Assembly: GCF_004010195.1 (NCBI RefSeq)
Contig: NC_057720.1
Coordinates: 16,624,095-16,688,094, forward strand
Reading direction: 5' to 3'
DNA: 64,000 nt
From: Chiloscyllium plagiosum
Taxonomy: Eukaryota
Positions within the stretch are counted from its first letter, which is position 1; each line of letters starts with the position of its first letter. Of this stretch, positions 49,516-62,060 are shown in pieces. Under the pieces are notes generated by a model. It ran no database searches, was not told the DNA's origin, and saw only the letters and a program-made list of their open reading frames with translations. The translations under genes and the position numbers were made by a program.

Positions 49516-51569
49516 TTGAGAGTATGGTGCTGGAAAAGCACACAGGTCAGGCAGCATCCGAGGAGCAGGAGAATTAACATTTAAGTCATAATCCTTCATC
49601 AGGAATGAGGCTTGTGAGCCAAGGGGGTAGAGAGATAAATGAGAGGGGGAAGTAGGTTTGTAGGAAGGTAGCTGAGAGTGGATGAAGATGGGGGAGAAGG
49701 TGATCGGTCGGAGAGGAGGGTGAAGCAGATAGGTGAGAAGGAAGATGGACAGGTCAAGAGGGCGGTGCTGAGTTGGAGGCTTGGGACTGGGATAAGATGG
49801 GGGGAGGGGAAATGAGGAAACTGATAAAATCCCTATTAATCCTGTGTGATTGGAGGGTCCTGAGATGGAAGATGAGGCGTTCTTCTTCCAAGCGTCAGGT
49901 GGTTAGGGCCTAGTGATGGAGGAGGCTAAGGACCTGCATGTCTTTGGTGTAGTGGGAGGGGGAGTTGAAGTGTTTAAATTATTTAGTACAGCTTTTCTCT
50001 CTTTCTGTTCCTGAAATATGTCACAATTAGTAACTTTCCTCTGCACTCACTCCAAGACACTTGCTTTTGTTTTCACACTTGGGACGTGGGCATCACTGGT
50101 TGGGTCAGCATTTATTGCCCATCCCTATTTGCCCTTGAGAAGTTGCATCTCTGGTGGTGAGGTCGGTTTGTCGGTGGCGGAAATGGTGGAGGATGATACG
50201 ATGTATCCAGAGGTTGGTGGGCTGAAAGGTGAGGACTGGGGGGTTCTGTCCTTGTTGAGGTTGGAGGGGTGGGGTTCGAGGGCAGAGGTAAGGGAAGTGG
50301 ATGAGATGCGCTAGAGTGTATCATTGACCCCATGTGAGGAAATATTGTGGTCTTTGAAGAAGGAGGCCATCTGGTGTGTTCTGTGGTGGAACTGGTCCTC
50401 CTGGGAGCAGAAGTGACGGAGGCGAAGACATTTGGAATAAGGGATAGTGTTTTTATAGGAGGCAGGGTGGGAGGAGCTGTTGTCCAGGTAGCTCTGGGAG
50501 TCGGTGGATTTCCATGTAGCTGTGGGAGGCGGTGAGTTTCCAGGTAGTTGTGGGAGTCGGTTCCTCCATCTCCATCGCATCTGGTCCCACCACAGAACAC
50601 ACCAGAAGACCTTCTTCTTCAAAGACTGCAATTTCCCCTCCCATGTGGCCAATGATGCCCTCCAGTGCATCTAAGCCACTTCCCGCACCTCCGCCATCGA
50701 ACCCCACCCCTCCAACTGCAACAAGGACAGAACCCCCCGGTCCTCACCTTCCACTCCACTAACCTCTGGATACATCGTATCATCCTCCACCATTTCCGCC
50801 ACCTACAACTGGATGCCACCATCACAGATAAAAAGACCATTCCCTTCACAGCTCTTTTGTCTGGTCCACGCCCCCCACCAACCCACCTTCCCGGCATCTT
50901 CCCCTTTCACCGCAAGAATTGCAAAACCTATGCCCACACCTCCCCCCCTCATCTCCGTCCAAGGCCCCAAAGGAACCTTCCACATCCATCGTGGATTTAC
51001 TTGCATTTCCACATGTCATTTACTGTATCTGTTGCCCCCAATGCGATCTCCTCCACACTAGGGACACAGGATGCCTACTTGCAGAACGCTTCAGAGAACA
51101 TCTCCAGGACACATACATGAAGCGACCCCACTACCCCATGGCCGAACACTTTAACTCCCCCTCCCACTCCGCCAAGGAAATGCAGGTGCTGGGCGTCCTC
51201 AATTGCCAAACCCTAACCACCCGACGCCTGGAGGAAGAATGCCTCTCCCCACCTTATCCCAGATCCAACCTTCTCAGCACCGCCCGCATGATCTGTTCAT
51301 CTCCCTCCCTACCTATCCACTCCACCCTCCTTTCTGACCTATCACCATTACCACATCTTCATCCACCTATCACACTCTCAGCTACCTTCCCCCACAGCCC
51401 AACGCCCCCTCCCATTTATCTCTCCACCCCCTCGGCTCATAAGCCTCATTCCTGGAGAAGGGCTTATGCGCGAAACAACAATTCTCCTGCTCCTCGGATG
51501 CTGCCTGACCTACTGTGCTTTTTCAGCACCACACTCTGATCTCCAGCATCTGCAGTCCTCACTTTCTCC
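49516..51569. mobile_element. Composite inverted Penelope-like insertion in Tx1
   Basis: TSD CTGTCAAAGTC(A/T)TTTG (49500-49515 and 51570-51585); HVIYCICCPQCDLLHTRDTGCLLAERFREHL GIY-YIG remnant; opposed arms. Confidence 0.9.
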
Positions 51570-51665
51570 CTGTCAAAGTCTTTTGGCTAAATGCCACATC
51601 ACAGGAACTTTCCAATAAGCACCAAGATATAAAGAAAGGAGTGGGAGTCAGCCAAAGAGTTGCCT

Positions 51666-51858
51666 ACTTGCAGAACACTTCAGAGTACATCTCCAGGACA
51701 CATACATGAAGTGACCCCAGTGCCCCATGGCTGAACATTTTAACTCCACCTCCCACTCCGCCAAGGCCTGAAGAAGGGCTTATGCCCGAAACGTCGATGC
51801 TCCTGTACCTTGGATGCTGCCTGACCTGTTGCGCTTTTCCAGCAACACATTTTCAGAT
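51666..51858 (+). mobile_element. Short chimeric Penelope insertion with hammerhead core
   Basis: Perfect TSD CCAAAGAGTTGCCT (51652-51665 and 51859-51872); CTGAAGAAGGGCTTATGCCCGAAACGTCGA at 51768-51797. Confidence 0.88.
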
Positions 51859-51989
51859 CCAAAGAGTTGCCTCAATGTAGAACAAAGTATAAATTGGGAT
51901 ATAAGGGAGACATACAGGAAGGATCATACAATTGTCATATCAGATTTAAGTCTGCACGTTGAATAGATAAATCGATGGGTAAAGATAAC

Positions 51990-52263
51990 TAGAGGGCATA
52001 GGTTTAGAGTGAGAGGGGAAAGATACAAAAGAGACCTAAGGGGCAACTTTTTCACACACAGGGTGGTATGTGTATGGAATGAGCTGCCAGAGGAAGTGGT
52101 AGAGGCTGGTACAATTGCAACATTTAAAAGGCATCTGGATGGGTATATGAATAGGAAGAGTTTGGAGGGTTACGGGCTGGGTGCTGGATTGCGTTGGGAT
52201 ATCTGGTGGGCATGGACGGGTTGAACCGAAGGGTCTGTTTCCGTGCTGTACATCTCTATGACT
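51990..52263 (+). mobile_element. CR1 LINE 3' end, same subfamily as 4258-4813
   Basis: RGERYKRDLRGNFFTHRVVCVWNELPEEVVEAGTI; tail CTCTATGACT. Confidence 0.9.
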
Positions 52264-52574
52264 TGGCTGGTGATGAGAAGATCCTTCATACACACCTGGG
52301 TTCTGTGTGCCACTGTACACTGCCCTCGAAGTGTCTGCACTAGTGAAGAGAAGGTCATAATGTCCTTCTGGAACTTTATAAAAATAGTGAACTGTCTTTG
52401 AATTTTTTTCGCTGTTTGCGCGAGAATTCTACATGTTTGGCTATCACATAATGGGAAAAAGGTTGTAGATGCGTAAACTGAAAGGGGGATTGCAAATGCA
52501 ACACTGAAATACAGACCCCTTTTGTAAGAATCTACCATTTGCGAATTTCATTTCCCCTCACACTCCCCTTCCCT

Positions 52575-52830
52575 GTTCCACTGGCCCTCCCGCGGACCGT
52601 TATTCCATTGCCATCCTCGTGCTCTCTTTGCCCAGGCCGCGTGTGCGGGAGCCGGTGGAATTCACGCGCTGCGGGGGTCACGTGGGCTTCAGGTGCCCTG
52701 AATGGCCAGGGTCGTCGAGAGGCGCCGAACTGAAGAGCCGCCAAGTGTGAGGAACAAATTTTGTTTATTCTTTCAAATCCCGGAAAACGGGTAATCTGAG
52801 TCGGCTGATTAATGCTGAGGCGCATTTCAT
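52575..52830. promoter_or_regulatory. CpG-rich candidate promoter or first exon
   Basis: Local GC and CpG enrichment in non-repeat DNA; E-box GGTCACGTGG (52676-52685); ETS-like CCGGAA (52780-52785); possible donor CGG/GTAATC at 52790/52791. Confidence 0.55.
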
Positions 52831-53106
52831 TTATGAACTGAGGGGAGGAGTTTGAAAGTTTAAAGCCAGGCTGTTGTCATGACAGGGAAGGCATTTTAAA
52901 ATCAGTCTTGCGGATTTGCCAATCTCTTGAATCGTCCTGCAGTCTCCAGGATTGAAACATTAATCTCCTGGACATTTTTGCAAGCAACCCTTGGCAGCAT
53001 GGATTTTATGGAATTTTAAAAAGAGTTTAAGCAATTTGGCTAGGTGCTGCTTAGGTTCAGGGTGACTGCATACCAGTTACTAGCTTTGTGGGCTGCTTTA
53101 TCCCAT

Positions 53107-53247
53107 AGAGAAAGTAAGGACTGCAGATGTTGGAGATTAGAGTCCAGAGTGTGGTGCTGGAAAAGCACAGCCGGTCAGGGAACATCCGAGGAGCAGGATG
53201 CAGCCTGACCTGCTGTGTTTTTCCAGCACCACACTCTAGACTCTCCC
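53107..53247. mobile_element. Miniature Penelope-end hairpin inside an HE1-like SINE (about 53040-53465)
   Basis: Inverted arms; TSD TTATCCCAT (53098-53106 and 53248-53256). Confidence 0.8.
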
Positions 53248-55203
53248 TTATCCCATGGCCCAGACCAAAGATATGCAGGGAGGTGGATTGGACATACTGA
53301 ATTGCACATAGCATCCGGGGATGTGCAGGCAAGGTAGGTTAGCCATGGGTAATGCAGGAATTTGGGGATAGGATAGAGATTTATGTCTGGGAGGGATACC
53401 CTTTGGAGGTTTGATGTGGACCTGAGGGGTTGAATGGCCTGCTTCCAAACTTAGAATCTATGGATTCTAAGTGACTCTCCACGTTGCACAACTCAGCTTG
53501 ACCCATACTGCTCACAACTAAAACCACCCAACAACCCAGAAAAATCTGTTACAGACATAAGTCTCAAGAGACAGTTTTGAGGTTCTGTACCTCATGAGAC
53601 TGCTTATTTTCATGAGACTGCTTATTTTATCTCTCTCAGCTTGACTCACAGACCCAATTAGTTTTCCCAGGCCATGGGAAACCTAGCATCTGGAGAAAGG
53701 TGAGTACTTATCAGTTATGCTTGTGAGCCAGGAGGAGGAGGAGTGCTTTATCCAGGCAAACCTATTTCTTTCTCTAAGTGATAGGCGAGGGCTCCATGTG
53801 ACACTGATTTTCTTTTTCCTCAGCTTAGTGATCATTGGCCTTTCTCTGCCACAACCATCTATGCCTATTACTTCATCTCCAAACTAGACTATTTACTGTT
53901 TTGTCATTTGCCATTCCGTGTGATGTCAAGAAATCTCCTGATCCTGGCTGACACATCTCTTGCAAAAGCCTACCTGACAGGTATCCAAGCCTATCAGTTG
54001 GGCATACATCTTGATTTTGTTGTTCCAGAAATGTCAGAAGAATCTGAATTTTCAGATCCACCCTCTCTCCAGCCCCCCACTTCTCAAACTCTATAGTACT
54101 GGGCCAAATATATTTCTTTATTTCCAACTTGTATGGGAACATGGTGCACAATTACAGGGTGGAATTATTGAAGGCCATCTGATGAAACCAATGCAAATAC
54201 ATTTAATTAAAGTTGTCAACCCTAGAGTTTGACGTCATACTTTGACTGCATGCAGCTAAGGATTTAGTTACTTTGGGATTAGAAGGCTGCTGTGGAGTTT
54301 TTGTGTTGTAATTGTGCTGTGTGGGACAAAGTATTGTTCCTATAGCATTGTTTTTCTTATTTGGCCTCAATATTGTCAAGGCAATATTCATTGTTTATCC
54401 TTAGTTGCCCTGAAAAGTTGAAGTCGTTTTCTTTTTCATTTCAAACATTATTTAAAACGTGCAGGTCAGGTCCAGGAGGGGAACAGGTTATAGGGTAGCA
54501 AGTTTAATAATACCTCACCTGTTTCCACCCCTCACCACATCAACCCACACAGGTTTAATTGATTTTGTTTAGAATTCAAATCCACAATTGACTGCAAACT
54601 GATCAACTCATCTGATCCCAAGTTATTGGTTTGGTTCCATGTGGTATATTATACATGCAATGTTGAAAAAAATGTCTCTGACTTTACCACAGCAGTAATA
54701 CCTTTCCCACTACAAGTTCTCAATAACCATAACATAATTGCAGAGCTGTTCCATTTAATCAAAGATTGCCAAGTCTTTTTTTTTAAACACTGTACCTGTA
54801 GGAGCAGGAAATATGAAATGGAAACAGGAAATTCTGGAAATGCAGTCTCATTATCGTCTGAAAATATAAAAGACAGCTTGACATTCAAACAAATTCTCTT
54901 TTCGGCTGTTGTATAATTGTATAATATTATGTATTTTGGATTCATATGATTATTTCACTGAGTACTGTTGTCTTTTGTTTATGTTGTTATTAGCTAAAGA
55001 AAAGTGGTCTCATATGCAAGATGCTCGAGCTTGAAGAGGATTGTTTGCTACCTTTGGATGCTTTGTTTTTTGAAAAGCCTTCATCTGAGGAAGTGTATGT
55101 TATTTTGTGTTTTACTACATAAAGGTGCTTCATCTTGGCCTGCACTCCTGATTGATCAAACCTCCCAAAGTCTCAAATTACTTTGATTTTGGCTTGCTTC
55201 AGT

Positions 55204-56682
55204 CTTGTAACCAGGTGCAAAAACAGATGATCTGATAAATTAAATCATTGTCGACGAGTGTGTTTTGTTATGTTTTGATGGAACTTAATTTCCAGATGAT
55301 GTTGCAATTTAGGAGAATTGCTGTACTTGTTCCTATTGAGACATGATAAATACTGACAAAATTGAGATTGACCAGGCACCTTAGAAAACCAGTCAAGTTA
55401 TCATCGCAAATGGAGTTTGCATTTGATCATATATGCCTACAGCATATTCTACTTTTAGTGTTTTCAAATGGCACATTAAATTTTAATAATTATTTTTATT
55501 ACCTAGGAAATGTAAGCTGCATTATGATGTAAAGTAATGGAAATGGAAAATTATTAACCATAACAGTAGTAGCCTGATATACACTTGTAAAATTGCTTTT
55601 TATACACTTCTATCATTGGGTCCACTAGTAGTTAACATCTTTGCTTTATCTCCAGAATACGTATATATTCCCCCAGCCCTTTAATGACTATTTGATTTTT
55701 GTTGCTGTATTTGCGCACATAACAAACTGCCCTCCACCTTTAAATAATTTGTGGTAGATGAAGCATTTTGACATATTTTAGACTTGATTAGCTATATAAA
55801 TGTAAGTTTTTCAGCTGTTGGGAGAAGCATTTTATTATTTCTCAATTCACCTATAAGCATACTTGGAGAAATTAGGATGACAGTATCATTCTTCATAAAA
55901 AGAGGGTCAGCAGTTCTATATTAATATTTTTGAGGCTGAATTATAGATAAGAAATATGCATTAATTAAAAATAATTATCAAACAAAACAATGGAATATTG
56001 AAATTTTCATAAACTAACTAAGCTGATATGCTCAAGTTCTAACATGATAAATATAAAGGTGCGAAATCATTTGACCATCTGCATATTTGTTCTGGGGTAA
56101 AAGATAGAGTTGCTGCAGTAGTTGAGATGTCCTTTAACTAAAAGAGAACAGGAACTTTCTTTACTGCATGAGATGAGTAAGCATTGGCTCAAAATTTCTT
56201 GGGGGCTTGCAGTTGAAATGTTACATTTCTGTCAGAGGCTGCAACACAGAAATCCAAAAGAAATTGTGGCAACAGTGACTAAATTACTTTCGCCACGTAT
56301 GATTCTTGAGGACTTTTGCACTGTTCTGTCACTTCATCTGACCAAAATAGTGATAAGATCATTATAACAGCTGCACTTCATTCAAATCAATAAAAATTGC
56401 TGAAAGAATGCGACTTGGATTGCCACACTCCAGTTTCATCTATCAAAGAATAGCGTGCATAGGCTAGTTATAGTGAAAATGCCAAATTGTGACAAAGTAT
56501 TCAAGGCAAACAGTTTGCAGTTCCATTGCGTTTTTTTTACTTTCCTTCCTTGACAACCAGGTGTAAAAACAGATGATCTGATAAATTAAATCATTGTTGA
56601 CGAGTTTGTTTTGTTATGTTTTGATGGAACTTAACTTCCAGATGATGTTGCAGTTTAGGAGTCTTGCTGTATTTGTTCCTAT
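55204..56682 (+). repeat. Dispersed direct repeat of about 133 bp (55204-55336 and 56549-56682)
   Basis: AACCAGGTG.AAAAACAGATGATCTGATAAATTAAATC..TTGTTCCTAT in both copies, about 90% identical by eye. Confidence 0.9.
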
Positions 56683-57547
56683 CATCCTGATTTTAAAAGG
56701 AAACTGGGTGGAAACTTGAGCGAAATAAACACAGTGCTGCAGGTATAGAATGTGGGAATGGAACTGACTAGATTGCTCTAAGACAATGGCATGAACTTGA
56801 AGGATTGAACATTCAATATCACTCCAATTCTGCATTAGTGCTACCCAAACCTTTGCTCCCCTATGACTCCATTTGGAGAAATCAATGTTGTTGGGATCTC
56901 AAATCAAAACACAGACTTGCTTTCTCACATTCACATTCTCTCTTTCTATCACTGATTTACTCACCATATCTGTCTATCACGTTCTCACCTGTTTACTCTT
57001 TATCTCACTCTCACTCTTTCATGCGTATTGGCATATGCTGTCTCTAACTCGCAAGGTAAAGAAGCTATTTGCAGCAAGATTTAAGGCATTGGGGATGAGG
57101 AAAAGGAAGGAACCATTTGCAGCTAGATTGTATTGTGGAGTGGACACCAACAGAATTGTGATGGAGTGGGGCCAATGGAAGAGCCATTTGCAGCCATGTT
57201 AAACTCATCAGGTAGAGCAGCCTCCTACCGTCTCCAGCTGAATCGTCCAGGACACAAGGTAGGCAAAAAAGGAAGGAGAAACATAATTGCCACAAAATCA
57301 GAAATTGTAGGAGAAATTCAGCAGCACGTTGTAGCATCTGTGGAGAGAAAGCAGATTTAATGTTTGGAGTCCAGTGACCCTTAAACGTAATTGATTCTGG
57401 CATGGCCAGTTGGCCAATGATTGCCATATGTCATAATTACAAATGATCAGTGGCCAAATAGCACTTCTGCAACTGCAGCCCCAAAATTTTATTTCTCAAC
57501 CCAACTTGGGAGCAGAGGCCACAATTTTAGAAGTTTTGAATTATCAA

Positions 57548-57680
57548 CACTGCTTTGCCTGGAGGCCCACTGAAGATGTTACTTAGTAGAGTGATGAAAC
57601 GTCTGGAAATAATACTTCCAGCTCAGCGAGCAAACCTATATTCAGAACCTCAACCTGAGCTACAAATCTTCTCAAAACTT
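57548..57680 (+). mobile_element. Penelope-like terminal fragment (family of 23765-24203)
   Basis: CACTGAAGATGTTAC..GAAACGTC..CCTGAGCTACAAATCTTCTCAAAACT. Confidence 0.8.
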
Positions 57681-57789
57681 GAAGCACAATCCCAATGTGT
57701 TGATGGCTGTAGTTATAATTCTCTTAGGCAGCTCTAGACACCACATCAGATTCTGAAGTAATCCTGATTAATCTGAACAAGTTCTTTTT

Positions 57790-60420
57790 ATGAAAGTATT
57801 TTTTAGATATCTAAAAGGTAAGAGAGAGGCAAGGGTGGGAATTGGATCACTGGAAAATGAGGCTGGAGCAAATGGAGGAACTGAATGGTTACTTTGCATC
57901 AATTTTCGCACTTGAAGGCACCAGGAATACCAGAACTTCAAGAGATGTTGGGTGGGGAGGTGGGGTGGGAAAGTGGGTGTAGATACAGGTGATTGTAGTG
58001 GCCATCACTTAAGGAGAAACTGCTGGGGAAGCTTAAATGTCTGATGGTGGATAAATCACCCAGATGGGATGGACTAAACCTCCAGGTTCTGAAGGAGATA
58101 GTAAAGGCATTCATGGAGATAATTCATGAATTACTGGAGTCAAGGAAGGTGCCAGAGAGCTGGAAAATGGCTAATGTAACACCCCTTTTTAAGAAAGGAA
58201 GAAAGCAGAAGACAGGAAACTAAGGCTGGTTAGCCTGACCTCGGTTGTTGGTAAGACTTCAGAGTGCATTATTAAAGATGAGATTGCTGAGTATTTGGGA
58301 GTGCATGGGAACAAAAGGAGAAAGTGAGGACTGCAGATGCTGGAGATCAGTGTCGAAAGGTATGGTGCTGGAAAAGCACAGCAGGTCAGGCAGCATCTGA
58401 GGAATAGGAGAATCGACATTTCGGGCATAAGTCCTTCATCAGGAGTGTGGTGAGGAAGAGGGCTGAGATTAAATGGGAGGGTGGGGGTGGGGCTGGGGGG
58501 AAGGTAGCTGGGACAACGATAGGTAGAGCAGCCCCTACCTCCATCTACCTATCACCTTCCCAGGTACCTGCCCTAACAGGGGACTTAAAAGGATAACTTT
58601 ATGAAAAAAAAATGTTTAAACTATTTATTGAGATTCTTTAAGTAACATGTGCCATGAATAAAGGAGAACCAGGGAAGCATTTGAGAAGATGACCATTAAA
58701 GATTGCTTATGCATTGGGTAACGTTTTGGCATTTTAAGAGATCAGTTAAAGAACAGGAAACAGAAAGCAGGCATAAATGTATCTGGTTGGAAAGATATAA
58801 TGGGTGATGTGCCACAGAGATCACTGCTGAGGTCTCACCTTTTTTTTTACAATTCATATGAATGACTTGGATGAAAGGACTGAAGGATTGCCAAATTTGC
58901 TGCTGACATGAAGATAGATAGACAGCAATATTTGACTGATCTAGTTGAAAATATGATTAACTTTTGGGGAAAATGTATAGTTAGATTAGGAATTACTTTC
59001 ATCATTAAATTTGTTTAAGGAATTATCGATGGTGAGGCCTTGGGTCTCACCATCTCTGATAGCATTTGCGCTTGTTAAAATGATAGTGTCTTTGGTAAGC
59101 TGTGAAGAGGACATGAGACAACAGAGGGATAAAGATGGGTTAAATGAATGGGCATATGTCTCGCAAATGTGAAATTGTCCATTCAACAGGAAGAATTAAA
59201 AAAAGCATACGATCTAAATGATGAGAGATCACAGATTTCAGATCTGCAGAGTGATCTGGGTGTCTCCAGTACACAATTCGCAAAATTTTGTTCTACAAAA
59301 TAATTAGAAAAATTAACTAAATGTTTAGATTAGATTACTTATAGTATGGAAACAGGCCCTTCGTCCCAACAAGTCCACACCAACCCGCCGAAGCACAAAC
59401 CAGCCCCCTACATTTACCCCTTCACCTAACACTACGGGCAATTTAGCATGGCCAATTCACCTAACCTGCACATTTTTGGACTGTGGGAGGAAACCAGAGC
59501 AAACCCACGCAGACATGGGGAGAATGTGCAAACTCCACACAGACAGTTGCCTGAGGCGGGAAATGAACCCAGGTCTCTGGTGCTGTGAGGCAACAGTGAT
59601 TAGATTACATTACTGTGTGGAAACAGGCCCTTCGGGCCAACAAGNNNNNNNNNNNNNNNNNNNNNNNNNNNNNNNNNNNNNNNNNNNNNNNNNNNNNNNN
59701 NNNNNNNNNNNNNNNNNNNNNNNNNNNNNNNNNNNNNNNNNNNNNNNNNNNNNNNNNNNNNNNNNNNNNNNNNNNNNNNNNNNNNNNNNNNNNNNNNNNN
59801 NNNNNNNNNNNNNTGCGGCGGGAATTGAACCCGGGTCTCTGGCGCTGTGAGGCAGCAGTGCTAACCACTGTGCCACCGTGCCGTGTTCTCATTTATTGTG
59901 AAGGAAATTGAATACTCCAAAGTAGACATGGTCTGTTTCAGTTAGTTAGGGAATGGGTGGACCTCACCTGAAGTGCTGTATCCAGTTTTGGTCACCTTAT
60001 GTAAAGAAAAGATAAAAGTGCATTGGAGGTAGTTCAGAGAAATTTTACCTGACTAATACCTGGAATGAGTTGGTTGTTGTACAAGGAAAACCAGATCAGG
60101 AAAAACTTGTATCCATTGGAGTTTAGAGATTATTGATTAAAACATGCAAGATCCTGATATGTTTTCACAGGGTGGTTGTGGGAATATGTTTCCTATTGTG
60201 GAGAATTTAAATTTGGGGATTGCCCATTTAAGATGATCAGGATAATTTTTTTCAGAAAATCATGACTCTTTGGAACTCCCTTTAAAAGATGGTGGAGGTG
60301 AATGCTTGAATATTTTTAAGGCAGAGGTAGGACGTGTTGATAAGCATGGATGTGAAGGGCAGGAATGTGGAGTAATCAGTTCGAACATGATTTTATTGAG
60401 TGGCAGCACTGTCTTGAAAG
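57790..60420 (+). mobile_element. Decayed CR1 ORF2 with nested Penelope end (58318-58575) and HE1 SINEs
   Basis: DKSPRWDG, WKMANVTPLF, LVSLTSVVGK, VPQRSLL, NDLDE..KFAAD, CEIVH, CCIQFWSP. Confidence 0.85.
59325..59883 (-). mobile_element. Two adjacent or nested HE1 V-SINEs around an N gap (59645-59813)
   Basis: Same sequence as 32859-33173; two tails (59325 and 59598) and one complete head ending near 59883. Confidence 0.85.
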
Positions 60421-60449
60421 GACAAGTTATTTTTATTCAATTGTGGGGT

Positions 60450-61590
60450 GTAGACTTCGCTGACTGAAACATCATCTGTTGTCCATCCCTCGCTGTTTTT
60501 AAGCAAGTGGTGGTGAGCTGCCTTCTTCAACTGCTGCCCATTGTTTAATGTAGGTAGATTCATGGTGAGGGAGTTCCAGGATTTTAACCTCGTGAGTAAA
60601 GGATTGGTGCTATATTTCTAAGTCCAAATGGTGACTTGCTTGGAGGGCAATTTGCGGGAGGTGGTATTTCTATGTGTCTGCTGTCCTTGTCTTTCTGGAT
60701 GGTAGTGGTCTTCGGTTTGGAAGGTCCTGCTTGAGGTCCCTTGATGAATGTTTGCAATGCATTTTGTAAACAGTAAGCACTACTGCTGAGTGTCACTGGT
60801 AAAGGGACTAAATAGTAGCATATCTGCAAACAATCAAGTGGGTTGCTTTGTCCTAGATGGTGTTAACATCGAGTATTTTTGGAGCTACACTCATCCAGGC
60901 AGATGGGGAGTATTCCATCACACTCTTGATTTGTGGCTTGTAGATGCTAAACAGGCTTTGGGTGTCAGGAGGTGGGTTATTTGCTGCAAGATTCCTAGTC
61001 TCCAACCTTTTCTTGTGCTGCAGTATTTATATGTAAAGTTATATATATTTATATGGTTAGTCCAGTGGCATTCCCCAAGAATATTGATAGTGAAGGATTT
61101 AGTGGTAGCAATGCAATCAAATTTGTCAAAGGACCGTGGTTAGATTCTTTCTTGTTGGAGATAGTCATTGTCTGAAACTTGTGTAGTTCAAATATTACTC
61201 ACCATTTCTCAACCCAAAACTAGATACTGTCTGCTATTTCCTGCATTTGGATGTGAACTGCTTCGGTATCTGTAGAGTTGTGAATCATCAAGAAACATCC
61301 CACTTCTACCCTTATGATGGGGCGTTATTGATGAAGCAGCTGAAGATGGTTGAGATAAAGATACTACTTAGGGGAACACCTGCCCAGATGTCCTGGAGCT
61401 GACATGTCTGATCTTCAACAACCACCATTGTCCTCTTTTATTAAGAGAGTTTCCCACTGACTTCAGTTTTCCTCGGGCTCCTTGATGCCATACTCGATAA
61501 AATGTAGCCTTAACATCTAGGGCAGTCACACTCATTCCTTGTCCATGATTGAACTAAGATTGTATTGAGTTCAAGATTAGCCTTTCCCTG
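60450..61590 (-). mobile_element. CR1/L2-group LINE fragment
   Basis: GGGGAGTATTCCATCACACTC and ACATCCCACTTCT are reverse complements of motifs in 1-720. Confidence 0.7.
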
Positions 61591-61726
61591 CTCTTAGTTT
61601 GTTATATTAGTATGAGATGTTTCCTCCTGCCTCCATGCAAGGAGATTAGTTTCATATAAACAAGTTAGCATGGAATTATATTGATGACCTCGGAAGATAT
61701 CGGTATCAAGGTGGTCATGAACATTG

Positions 61727-62060
61727 GAGGGGCAGCACAGTGGCTCAGTGGTTAGCACTACTGCCTCACAGCACCAGGGACCTAGGTTCAATTCCAGCCT
61801 CAGGCAACTGTCTGTACGGAGTTTGCACATTCTCCCTTTGCCTGCATGGGTTTTCTCTGGATGCTCTAGTTTCCTCCCACAATCCAACAATGTGCAGCTG
61901 AGGTGAATTGGCCATGCTAAATTGCCCATAGTGTTCAAGGATATGTAAGTTAGATGCATTAGTCAGGGGTAAATGTAGAGTAATAGGGTAGGGGAATGGA
62001 TCGGTGTTGACTTGTTGGGCAAATGGCCTATTTCCACAGTATAGGGATTCTTTAGATCTA
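61727..62060 (+). mobile_element. HE1 V-SINE
   Basis: GGGCAGCACAGTGGCTCAGTGGTTAGCAC head, B box, V core and tail. Confidence 0.88.

Larger units (their letters stand above)
46985..52375 (+). mobile_element. Tx1-like (L1 group) LINE ORF2 relic with nested inserts
   Basis: APE start MGLTLSSINVRNVK, LRLINMY, SRIDF, FSDHC; RT SLLNVD*, EKAFD, RSGVRQNCPLS, MDDVAIF. Pieces at 46985-49515, 51570-51630 (ELSNKHQD) and 52262-52375 (WLV..HCPRSVC). Confidence 0.88.

Noticed and set aside
53824..53980. Exon-like segment with acceptor and donor
   Set aside because: It reads TIYAYYFISKLDY, resembling a decayed L2 RT motif, and stops early in the frame of the upstream ATG.
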